Shown one piece after another: positions 1 to 6,820 of a stretch of DNA of 64,000 nucleotides. Both the position numbers and the translations under genes were made by a program. The notes beneath the pieces were generated by a model. It did not search any database. It saw only the letters and a list, made by a program, of their open reading frames with translations, and was not told where the DNA came from. The DNA lies in IMG/VR virus record IMGVR_UViG_3300028591_003737, positions 1 through 64,000 of that record. One strand, 5' to 3'. Within the stretch, counting starts at the first letter, position 1. Every line of letters begins with the position of its first letter. Origin of the DNA: a virus (Duplodnaviria > Caudoviricetes).

Positions 1-70
1 CGGGAGAAGGGATTCGAACCCTCGACTTCAACCTTGGCAAGGTTGCGCTCTACCACTGAGTTACTCCCGC
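1..70 (-). tRNA. tRNA-Gly(GCC), 3' end at window edge
   Basis: Cloverleaf; anticodon arm CAACC-TT GCC AA-GGTTG; T-loop GTTCGAATC. Confidence 0.92.
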
Positions 71-283
71 ATAAATACAGGCACGTAAACGAAATGCCCT
101 CAGAATTTTCTATGGTTTACCTTTACCGTTCTTCAAACCATGTTACAGCTCCTTCACACTATCCTGAAAACAAACTTTATCACTGACTAGCTTTGTCAGA
201 TATACTCAATTGTTAACATACAACAGAGAAAACGATGGTTCACTTATTACGCTACACCACAAAGAGCGGGTCTGTTTACTTTG

Positions 284-359
284 TGCAGCATAGGTGAGTC
301 GAACACCCGTCCCCGACATGGCAAGCCGGTATAATTAATTACCGTTATACGAATGCTGC
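284..359 (-). tRNA. tRNA-Gly(GCC), divergent copy
   Basis: Acceptor GCAGCAT/ATGCTGC; CCGGC-TT GCC AT-GTCGG. Confidence 0.8.
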
Positions 360-366
360 ATAATTT

Positions 367-513
367 GTGTGGGAGGTTGGACTTGAACCAACATAATCTT
401 TTTTGTCATAAAAGCGTGTATACCATTTGAAGTAACTCTTCGACCACACTATTGGGTAGAAGCCAAAGAACAATGTCTAGAGTGTAATTTCGTTTAATTT
501 CACCACTCCCACA
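367..513 (-). ncRNA. tRNA-scaffold RNA with Y-RNA-like stem replacing the anticodon arm (E1)
   Basis: Acceptor TGTGGGAG/CTCCCACA, D arm, T arm GTTGG-TTCAAGT-CCAAC; insert CTCTAGACATTGTTCT-TTGG..CCAA-TAGTGTGGTCGAAGAGTTACTTC. Confidence 0.7.
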
Positions 514-514
514 G

Positions 515-599
515 TGCGGTATAGACGATTCGAACGCCCACCTTCTGGTTGGAAGCCAGATATGCTTCGCTTTCGCTTTACCATTAACACTAATACCGC
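515..599 (-). tRNA. tRNA-Gly(TCC) with expanded D loop
   Basis: TCTGG-CT TCC AA-CCAGA; extra GC-GAAA-GC segment in D loop. Confidence 0.78.
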
Positions 600-604
600 A
601 TAAA

Positions 605-630
605 AATCTACCATTGTGGAATGGTAGATT
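605..630. other. Perfect hairpin (processing site or terminator)
   Basis: AATCTACCATT-GTGG-AATGGTAGATT, 11-bp inverted repeat. Confidence 0.5.
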
Positions 631-720
631 GACCATACCTAGTTTTACCTATAAACTATAACTACGAACTCGATAACGGATTAGTCGCCTCCGTCGGATT
701 TCAATGTACACTCATCCGAG

Positions 721-792
721 AGCAGGTGAACGGAATCGAACCGTCATCCTCAGCTTGGAAGGCTGACGCACTAACCGTTGTGCTACACCTGC
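721..792 (-). tRNA. tRNA-Gly(TCC)
   Basis: TCAGC-CT TCC AA-GCTGA. Confidence 0.92.
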
Positions 793-919
793 ATGGTCAA
801 GTACCCGGATTTCCACCAACTTTTTACAACCTTAATATAATATAGAAAAATTAACTAGTACTTTTTAAATATTATACTTAGTTCTCCTTCTGGTTTCGAA
901 ACCTGACAGAAGGTGTACT

Positions 920-996
920 TGGGGTGAGTTACCGGATTCGAACCGGTCCTCAGGGATTCACAGTCCCCACGACTCAACCGCTATCTTAAACCCACC
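920..996 (-). tRNA. tRNA-His(GTG), encoded G-1 and CCA
   Basis: GGGGA-CT GTG AA-TCCCT; C73. Confidence 0.88.
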
Positions 997-1002
997 ATGT
1001 AG

Positions 1003-1076
1003 GGTGCCTAGTCGGGATCGAACCGACGACATGCGGAACCACAATCCGCCGCTCTGCCAACTGAGCTATAGGCACC
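1003..1076 (-). tRNA. tRNA-His(GTG)
   Basis: GCGGA-TT GTG GT-TCCGC; G-1. Confidence 0.92.
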
Positions 1077-1083
1077 ATGTAAA

Positions 1084-1408
1084 AAACAGATTTTCTTAGT
1101 TAAGCGTATACTGACCATCTGTTAGGGTCTACCACGCATGGGTTCCTCTCCGTTTCGCAGCTTTTCCATGAGCTGTCGTAGCATGTACTATACTTCTACT
1201 ACGCTGTTCCAATTAGGTATAGATGGTAAATCAAAACAATCAACCAGTGCCCTTATTACTGCCTTACTCCCTGGAATATGAAGGTACGCCGACATTCAGT
1301 TTGATTTCTCATACGGTCTAGTTTGTTATGTCTCATTTCAACAATGATAGGGAGGATAACTTTCATTTGCAACCTATCTACCGCAACTGCTTCATATACT
1401 GATTGTTA
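1084..1408 (-). ncRNA. Putative structured ncRNA (~325 nt), unclassified
   Basis: ORF-free, GC-richer than coding DNA, inside tRNA operon. Confidence 0.35.
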
Positions 1409-1415
1409 TAAAAAA

Positions 1416-1740
1416 AATCAAGCTTTACTACATCAGTCACTTACATAACCTCGGCTTTCGGAGCATCAATCTACCATCTTTCGAAGGATTGACTCTACAC
1501 GAGGATTGCATTACCATTGGCGTATTTCACGTAGAAATTACCGGTTTTACTATCATAGAGGTGTTCTGCATCAATTGTAATTTATCACTAATGTCGTGTT
1601 TATATTTACAATTTCAGTTTCGTTGGACAACCCGACGCTTCGGAACGGTTTCATATTACATAGGCTACTGCGCACTCACCTATCCGATTACTCCACATCC
1701 TACTGGCAAGGTTCTTCTTAAAAAAGAACGAGGCTTGATT
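1416..1740 (-). ncRNA. Putative structured ncRNA (~325 nt), unclassified
   Basis: Closed by AATCAAGC/GCTTGATT terminal helix; GC-richer; abuts a tRNA. Confidence 0.45.
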
Positions 1741-1745
1741 TATTG

Positions 1746-1820
1746 TAGCGGTGGGGAGATTCGAACTCCCACTGAATAGGTTTTGAATCTACTGCCATCT
1801 TCCAGTTGGGCTACACCGCC
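1746..1820 (-). tRNA. tRNA-Leu(CAA), short variable loop
   Basis: GTAGA-TT CAA AA-CCTAT; 5-nt variable loop TCAGT. Confidence 0.82.
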
Positions 1821-1825
1821 ATATT

Positions 1826-1965
1826 AATCTGAAGAACATTTAGAAGAGGTAAGTGGACTAACCACCATGTTTGTCATTTCTGACTGATAGGCTCGAACTA
1901 TCTAAAATCTTATTTCCAGTAAAATTTATTAACCATGAAGTATCTCTTCAGATCACTATCAGATT
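1826..1965 (-). ncRNA. YrlA-like (Y RNA) circularly permuted tRNA mimic (E2)
   Basis: Ends AATCTGA/TCAGATT pair; TAGTGATCTGAAGAGATACTTC ... T arm GATAG-TTCGAGC-CTATC, capped acceptor GTCA-GAAA-TGAC, D-like arm, CTCTTCTAAATGTTCT. Confidence 0.7.
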
Positions 1966-1966
1966 G

Positions 1967-2055
1967 CGGTGAGTAGAGGTGTCGAACCTCATCCGGGTCT
2001 TAACCGAACTAACTGATTTCCAATCAGCACCCATCTCCGTTTGGGATTGCTCACC
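1967..2055 (-). tRNA. tRNA-Ser(GGA)
   Basis: GCTGA-TT GGA AA-TCAGT; long variable arm. Confidence 0.85.
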
Positions 2056-2061
2056 AATTAA

Positions 2062-2153
2062 TGGCGGAGAGCAGAGGTGTCGAACCTCATCCGGTTATTA
2101 GCCGAACAACACGTTTAGCAGACGGTTACCATCTCCGTTTGGTTTTACTCTCC
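2062..2153 (-). tRNA. tRNA-Ser(GCT), divergent, CCA encoded
   Basis: CGT-CT GCT AA-ACG; long variable arm; body similar to upstream Ser(GGA). Confidence 0.8.
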
Positions 2154-2160
2154 AATTATG

Positions 2161-2247
2161 CGGTGGGGGCGAGATTCGAACTCGCGGACCCCTTACGGGG
2201 TCGGCAGTTTAGCAAACTGCTGGTTTAAGCCACTCACCCACCCCACC
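2161..2247 (-). tRNA. tRNA-Ser(GCT)
   Basis: GCAGT-TT GCT AA-ACTGC; long variable arm. Confidence 0.93.
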
Positions 2248-2615
2248 ATTAAAAAACAAGCTTTCACACCTTCAGTACTTGTTATGAAAGGTTTTGATTT
2301 CGTCACCTTAACTGGTCATCCGAGGCCGCTTGGTCATACCCGATGACTGTTGAGCATTGCTTCACCAAGTTCTAACTCAACGAGCTATAAATGAGGTCGT
2401 TGTTCCAGTTACTTTTTGTCGGCTTTAAGTAACAAACCATTATCTCCACAATTACGGTATTGTGGTCAACCAAGGCATCCATTCTTCGATTGGTGCCATA
2501 CACAGAGCTTAAAATAAATCTTTGTTATTCAAGTTCCGAAACTCAATCTGTCTTCAGATGAGCAAAAATACCAATGGCTAGTCTCCTCAGACTGTAACCG
2601 CTTTTGTTTTTTAAT
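2248..2615 (-). ncRNA. Putative structured ncRNA (~370 nt), unclassified
   Basis: 12-bp perfect terminal helix ATTAAAAAACAA/TTGTTTTTTAAT; internal hairpins; no ORF. Confidence 0.45.
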
Positions 2616-2805
2616 CTTCTTATTACATCCTATAAGAAGGACAGATTCGTACAACTGTCAGGTTAACTGTGATACTAACCCAATCACACGGTCGTATTTT
2701 ATAAATAAGTTTTTATATCTACCATGTTGCAGGTACTTAAATATATTTTAAGTTTTAGTTATTAAGAGAACTTATAAACTCATTAATAAACCTTGCCAAG
2801 GTCTG

Positions 2806-2879
2806 TAGCGTGACCTGGAGTCGAACCAGGGACCTTGGGGGTATGAATCCCACGCTCTAGCCAACTGAGCTATCACGCC
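2806..2879 (-). tRNA. tRNA-Met(CAT), elongator type (or Ile2)
   Basis: TGGGA-TT CAT AC-CCCCA. Confidence 0.88.
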
Positions 2880-2886
2880 ATTTTTA

Positions 2887-3058
2887 ACTATTTACTTCTG
2901 AAGGTTTTTATTAAACTATGTATTCCTCTTTTCTTGCTTATCCGGACCCGACCGTTGGAACCCACCTCAGATTATTGAACTACGAACATTCAAATTTTGC
3001 TACTGTGATCTTTCAGAATTAAATCATAACTAGTTATAGTCGCCGATATATAAATAGT
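2887..3058 (-). ncRNA. Putative structured ncRNA
   Basis: Terminal ACTATTTA/TAAATAGT and inner TTCTGAA/TTCAGAA pairing. Confidence 0.35.
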
Positions 3059-3208
3059 ATAATTAGAGCATTATAGAATTTGCAACTTCTATAAATTGTT
3101 ACTTGATATGCTATTCATTTATAACACCACTAAGCACCTGCTGAGGAGGACCGCTTATCAATATCTAGAATTTGATTTTATAACGCCGTCACCTTCAAGT
3201 ATCTCTTG

Positions 3209-3283
3209 TCGGAGCACGTGGATTCGAACCACGGACCCTCTGCTTGTAAGGCAGATGCTCTGAACCAACTGAGCTATGCTCCG
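3209..3283 (-). tRNA. tRNA-Val(TAC)
   Basis: TCTGC-CT TAC AA-GCAGA. Confidence 0.93.
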
Positions 3284-3412
3284 ATTAAAATAATAAGGAT
3301 AACCACTTAACCTTATTTCTTCAATATAACTCCCGTTAAAGAAATATTAAATTAAACCCTTTTAAGGTAGCACCTATCTAGAGAGGTAACGGTCCTCTTG
3401 GGTTGGTTTTTG

Positions 3413-3489
3413 TGGGGATAGTCGGAATCGAACCAACGAAATGCCCATCTTGTAAGGATGGCGGCTTAAACCTACTGGCCTATATCCCC
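3413..3489 (-). tRNA. tRNA-Val(TAC), divergent copy
   Basis: CCATC-CT TAC AA-GATGG. Confidence 0.85.
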
Positions 3490-3496
3490 AAATTAT

Positions 3497-3607
3497 ACCG
3501 AAAGAACATTTAGTAGAGCATTGTGTCACCATTGACGTTTTTCCTGAGCTTTGGTAGAAAAAATAAGAATCGAACTTATGAAGTATCTCTACAGACCACT
3601 ATTCGGT
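3497..3607 (-). ncRNA. YrlA-like (Y RNA) circularly permuted tRNA mimic (E3)
   Basis: Ends ACCGAA/TTCGGT; TAGTGGTCTGTAGAGATACTTC, T arm ATAAG-TTCGATT-CTTAT, looped acceptor TTTTTCT..AGGAAAAA, D arm GTCA-ATGG-TGAC, CTCTACTAAATGTTCT. Confidence 0.72.
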
Positions 3608-3608
3608 G

Positions 3609-3682
3609 TCGGTCTGGGAAGACTTGAACTTCCGACCCCTACATTATCAGTGTAGTGCTCTAACCAACTGAGCTACAGACCG
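3609..3682 (-). tRNA. tRNA-Ile(GAT)
   Basis: CTACA-CT GAT AA-TGTAG. Confidence 0.93.
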
Positions 3683-3897
3683 AAATATTGCCCAATCTTA
3701 AACATGTCTGCACTGCGACCTAACAGGACTTTGTTAGTTTCTCCTCCAGTAATATCCCTCATGACTACTTTACGTATCCTATATTTGGAGTTTAATGATA
3801 CCATCCTACATTTACTCATATTACCTCTTGCGGTTCACACCCCAATGTTTCTCCAATCCATTGAGTTTATTCCGTGAGTTTTAAGATCTACAAGCTG

Positions 3898-3972
3898 TAC
3901 CCCTGAGGAGATTCGAACTCCTACTGAATGGATTCTAAGTCCATTGCCATCTTCCAGTTGGGCTACAGGGGC
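3898..3972 (-). tRNA. tRNA-Leu(TAG), short variable loop
   Basis: ATGGA-CT TAG AA-TCCAT; same D arm as Leu(CAA) at 1746. Confidence 0.85.
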
Positions 3973-4060
3973 ATATATAAGTTTTTGTATCATACCTTAC
4001 TATTGAGGTTGAATATTAAAATATTCATTTATACTTAGGATAACTTTAAACCTTCTTTTG

Positions 4061-4135
4061 TACTCCTGACGGGATTCGAACCCGTGTTTCCACCTTGAGA
4101 GGGTGACTACCTCGACCACTAGTATAGACAGGAGC
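4061..4135 (-). tRNA. tRNA-Glu(CTC)
   Basis: TCACC-CT CTC AA-GGTGG. Confidence 0.88.
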
Positions 4136-4142
4136 ATAATTT

Positions 4143-4266
4143 ACTAAGAATCTTGCAAGTAACTTACTTTAATCTCATTTGGATTCGAACCAAATCCCCT
4201 TCTAAAAGGATCCTCCCAAGTATGCATCGCCTTTTACACTATTTTGATTATTTCAGTATTCTTAGT
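4143..4266 (-). ncRNA. Degenerate tRNA-like element within a 9-bp outer helix
   Basis: T arm TTTGG-TTCGAAT-CCAAA and D-like arm, no canonical anticodon arm; ACTAAGAAT/ATTCTTAGT ends. Confidence 0.5.
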
Positions 4267-4269
4267 TTG

Positions 4270-4428
4270 TACCATTCCTTGGAATCGAACCAAGTTCCTC
4301 TGGGCTCTCTACCCAGCGATTTATGTGTCTTCAATACTTAATAACTAAATTATACCTACTTAACGCGTATTTCAATATAACTTGCTATCAGTTTATCGCT
4401 CAGGGTGACTCCAACCGTCCCGAATGGC
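4270..4428 (-). ncRNA. tRNA scaffold with ~85-nt insertion in the anticodon arm
   Basis: Acceptor GCCATTC/GAATGGT, D arm GAC..GTC, T arm CTTGG-TTCGATT-CCAAG; AGCGAT/ATCGCT closes insert. Confidence 0.65.
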
Positions 4429-4496
4429 GAAAGCTTCCAAGAGTTTCGAACCTACAAGAAAACCCCAACTAATTGTATGTGTTCGATTAGTTGTTG

Positions 4497-4569
4497 TGGA
4501 CCCTACGAGAATCGAACTCGTACTTGAAGCTTGCAAAGCTACTGTGCTAACCGTTATCACTAAGGGCCC
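4497..4569 (-). tRNA. tRNA-Ala(TGC)
   Basis: TT TGC AA loop; G3:U70. Confidence 0.9.
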
Positions 4570-4575
4570 AGAAAA

Positions 4576-4667
4576 ATTTGAAGTGCCGGCCAGCTTACCA
4601 ACTAGGATAGACACTGTAACCCGTTATCTATCTACATCTACTCATCGATGCAATGGTAACTTCAAAT
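4576..4667 (-). ncRNA. Putative small structured RNA
   Basis: 9-bp terminal helix ATTTGAAGT/ACTTCAAAT. Confidence 0.35.
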
Positions 4668-4674
4668 AATTTAA

Positions 4675-4845
4675 AATAGCACAGGCAACAGTCTCTTCCA
4701 TGCAGTTTCCAAAACATTTAAACCCTGATTAACAGACTGGTTCTGACACACAATTAGATGACTTAAATCTCCGGAGAGTCAATTCTAAAAGGTACATAGA
4801 CTTCAGCGCTGTCTACCTGTTGTAGTTGACGTCATAACTGCTATT
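4675..4845 (-). ncRNA. Putative structured RNA (~170 nt)
   Basis: AATAGCA/TGCTATT and ACAGG/CCTGT pairing. Confidence 0.35.
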
Positions 4846-4849
4846 ATTG

Positions 4850-4923
4850 TGGACCCGAAGGGAATCGAACCCTCCACGATCTCCTTGCAAGGGAGTTCCG
4901 CCAGCCTTGGTACATGCAAGCCC
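4850..4923 (-). tRNA. tRNA-Ala(TGC), divergent copy
   Basis: CTCC-CT TGC AA-GGAG; G3:U70. Confidence 0.82.
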
Positions 4924-4933
4924 ATAAATATTT

Positions 4934-5072
4934 GCTAGCAAAGAGGGACTCGAACCCCCGACCCGCGGTTTGGACTAAAATTTGAAGTAACTCTAAACTT
5001 CAACACAGTTAAGGTAATAATCGTCAGAGCATTAAATTTAACTGCTGCTCTACCTACTGAGCTATTTGCTAG
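4934..5072 (-). ncRNA. tRNA with Y-RNA-like stem inserted in the anticodon loop (E4)
   Basis: Canonical acceptor, D arm GCTC..GAGC and T arm; ~65-nt insert containing CTCTGAC..GTGTTGAAGTTTAGAGTTACTTC. Confidence 0.72.
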
Positions 5073-5074
5073 TG

Positions 5075-5169
5075 CGGAGATAGCCGGACTCGAACCGACA
5101 CACCGGAGTGGTTACCGATTACTCGTAGTTTTCAGGACTACTGCCTTACGCAATTAGGCTTATATCTCC
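5075..5169 (-). tRNA. tRNA-Ser(TGA), C33 variant
   Basis: GTAGT-CC TGA AA-ACTAC; long variable arm. Confidence 0.8.
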
Positions 5170-5177
5170 ATATTGTG

Positions 5178-5265
5178 CGGAGGGTGAGGGATTCGAACCC
5201 CCGGTGCGCTCAACACGCACAGCGGTTTTCAAGACCGTCGCTATCGACCACTCAGCCAACCCTCC
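5178..5265 (-). tRNA. tRNA-Ser(TGA)
   Basis: ACGGT-CT TGA AA-ACCGC. Confidence 0.93.
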
Positions 5266-5268
5266 ATA

Positions 5269-5706
5269 TTATTTTGCTGAATATTGATGAATTACTCCAT
5301 GACAATTAGAACATAAAATTTGTAAATTATCTAAAGAATTATCAAAATGATTATGATTTTTATGATGTAATTCAAGTGGAATTGGTTTACCTTGCCATTC
5401 ACTTAATCCACAACATTCACATTTTCTTTCTTTTAAACCATCTCTAAATAATTTATTTCTTAATTTAGGAGCATCTAAATAAATATTATTTTCAATATAA
5501 TACATTGCTGGTTTATAATCATTACCAGGAATACCTTTACCACTAGGATTTAATTTAATTTCAATATTTAATATTTTTAAATTATCTCTTAATGTACTAT
5601 ATTTCATATTAAAATGTTTAGCAATTGCTGATAATGGAATATGTTTATCCATTAAATCAACAATTTCATCTAAATGATTTTTTACAACATTTAATTTTGA
5701 ATTCAT
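5269..5706 (-). CDS. HNH endonuclease (free-standing, homing type)
   Basis: CECC...LELHHKNHNHFDNSLDNLQILCSNCH; N-terminal HTH-like segment. Confidence 0.88.
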   Translation of the reverse strand: MNSKLNVVKNHLDEIVDLMDKHIPLSAIAKHFNMKYSTLRDNLKILNIEIKLNPSGKGIPGNDYKPAMYYIENNIYLDAPKLRNKLFRDGLKERKCECCGLSEWQGKPIPLELHHKNHNHFDNSLDNLQILCSNCHGVIHQYSAK

Positions 5707-5725
5707 ATTATATATAATATTTATG

Positions 5726-5808
5726 TCGGCGTGGAGGGAGTCGAACCCTCACGAGCGTAGCTCACATGTTCCTTAGACATGCCTGTATACCAGTTCCAGC
5801 ACACGCCG
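5726..5808 (-). tRNA. tRNA-Leu(AAG)
   Basis: CATGT-CT AAG GA-ACATG; long variable arm. Confidence 0.88.
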
Positions 5809-5820
5809 ATAATTATTTAG

Positions 5821-5894
5821 TCGGGATAGCGCGACTCGAACGCGCGACCTCTAGTTCCCAAAACTAGCGTTCTAACCAACTGAACTACATCCCG
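5821..5894 (-). tRNA. tRNA-Pro(TGG)
   Basis: CTAGT-TT TGG GA-ACTAG. Confidence 0.93.
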
Positions 5895-6083
5895 ATAAGT
5901 TGCATATATTAATATAGTAAAACTATACTAATATATGCATTATAATTGTTGTTTTCCTTTTACCAGTCACGGCTATTCAGAAAACTAATAATATGCATTT
6001 ACCAGACTTGTCAAAGACCTATGTTCTTGTAAATATATAATAGATATTTTCAGAATATCTTTTCATATATTTTAGAACTTTTG

Positions 6084-6155
6084 CAGGAGTTACAGGATTC
6101 GAACCCATACCTGTGGTTTTGGAGACCAATATGCTGCCATTAACACCAAACTCCT
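6084..6155 (-). tRNA. tRNA-Trp(CCA)
   Basis: TGGT-CT CCA AA-ACCA; G73. Confidence 0.9.
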
Positions 6156-6163
6156 ATTATTTG

Positions 6164-6238
6164 TCGAGAGGCCCAGATTCGAACTGGGATTTCTACTGTA
6201 TCAGAGTAGGATCCTAAAACCATTTAGATGATCTCTCG
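6164..6238 (-). tRNA. tRNA-Ile(GAT), divergent copy
   Basis: CTACT-CT GAT AC-AGTAG. Confidence 0.78.
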
Positions 6239-6309
6239 ATAGCCTGAGAATCGGAAATTTATATACTCAATATATAAATGCCTAAATTATAAAAATTTTT
6301 CTCTCAGTG

Positions 6310-6385
6310 TGCCCACGATCCGAATCGAACGGATGCCTCCAGATCTTCAGTCTGACGCGCTAACTACCACCTACGCAACATGGGC
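6310..6385 (-). tRNA. tRNA-Phe(GAA), divergent copy
   Basis: TCAGA-CT GAA GA-TCTGG. Confidence 0.85.
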
Positions 6386-6396
6386 ATTATCGCTTG

Positions 6397-6472
6397 TCTA
6401 GTAGATAGGACTCGAACCTACATTATCCGCATTCCAAATGCGGCAACCTAAAGCCAATTGGTTTACTACTAG
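6397..6472 (-). tRNA. tRNA-Pro(TGG), A37 variant
   Basis: CCGCA-TT TGG AA-TGCGG. Confidence 0.82.
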
Positions 6473-6491
6473 ATATATTTCAATGATCTAG

Positions 6492-6563
6492 AGTCGGGTA
6501 CCGGATTCGAACCGATGTTGACAGTTTTGCAGACTGTTGCCTAAGCCCCTCGGCCAACCCGAC
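6492..6563 (-). tRNA. tRNA-Cys(GCA)
   Basis: ACAGT-CT GCA AA-ACTGT; U73. Confidence 0.92.
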
Positions 6564-6570
6564 TTATTTG

Positions 6571-6643
6571 AGTCTCTGACAGGATTCGAACCTGCATATC
6601 TGATTTTGCGGACCAGTACCTCAATCCATTCGGCCACAGAGAC
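6571..6643 (-). tRNA. tRNA-Cys(GCA), C33 variant
   Basis: CTGGT-CC GCA AA-ATCAG; U73. Confidence 0.85.
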
Positions 6644-6654
6644 ATTTTATTATG

Positions 6655-6727
6655 CGGGCCTGACCGGAATCGAACCAGTGACACGAGGATCTTCAGTCCC
6701 CTGCTCTACCAACTGAGCTACAGGCCC
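6655..6727 (-). tRNA. tRNA-Phe(GAA)
   Basis: GGGGA-CT GAA GA-TCCTC. Confidence 0.93.
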
Positions 6728-6729
6728 AT

Positions 6730-6741
6730 TTTCAAAGAACT
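6730..6741 (-). promoter_or_regulatory. boxA-like antitermination site
   Basis: AGTTCTTTGAAA on the minus strand, identical to 6821-6832. Confidence 0.55.
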
Positions 6742-6745
6742 TTTG

Positions 6746-6819
6746 TACCCCACCCGAGAGTCGAACTCGGAAAACCTGGTCTCTTAAGCCAGTACGTATG
6801 CCAATTCCGTCAGCGGGGC
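6746..6819 (-). tRNA. tRNA-Leu (AAG, ambiguous loop), short variable loop
   Basis: CTGGC-TT AAG AG-ACCAG with C.A mismatch; Leu-type D arm. Confidence 0.7.
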
Positions 6820-6820
6820 G

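Noticed and set aside
1935-1960. Hammerhead ribozyme (CUGAAGA on the minus strand)
   Set aside because: The core is not conserved in the sibling elements; a tRNA-mimic fold explains the sequence better.
2930-2962. SRP RNA-like GUCGGGUCCGGAUAAGCA
   Set aside because: Lacks the GGAA tetraloop/AGCAG symmetric loop; resemblance is only partial.
3064-3207. Fifth Y-like element (AGAG...AAGTATCTCT)
   Set aside because: Only a partial motif match; no T arm or TGTTCT strand.
406-4669. Short ORFs in the tRNA region (406, 1489, 2158, 4153, 4393, 4424)
   Set aside because: They overlap tRNAs or structured RNAs, mostly antisense, with no protein motifs.
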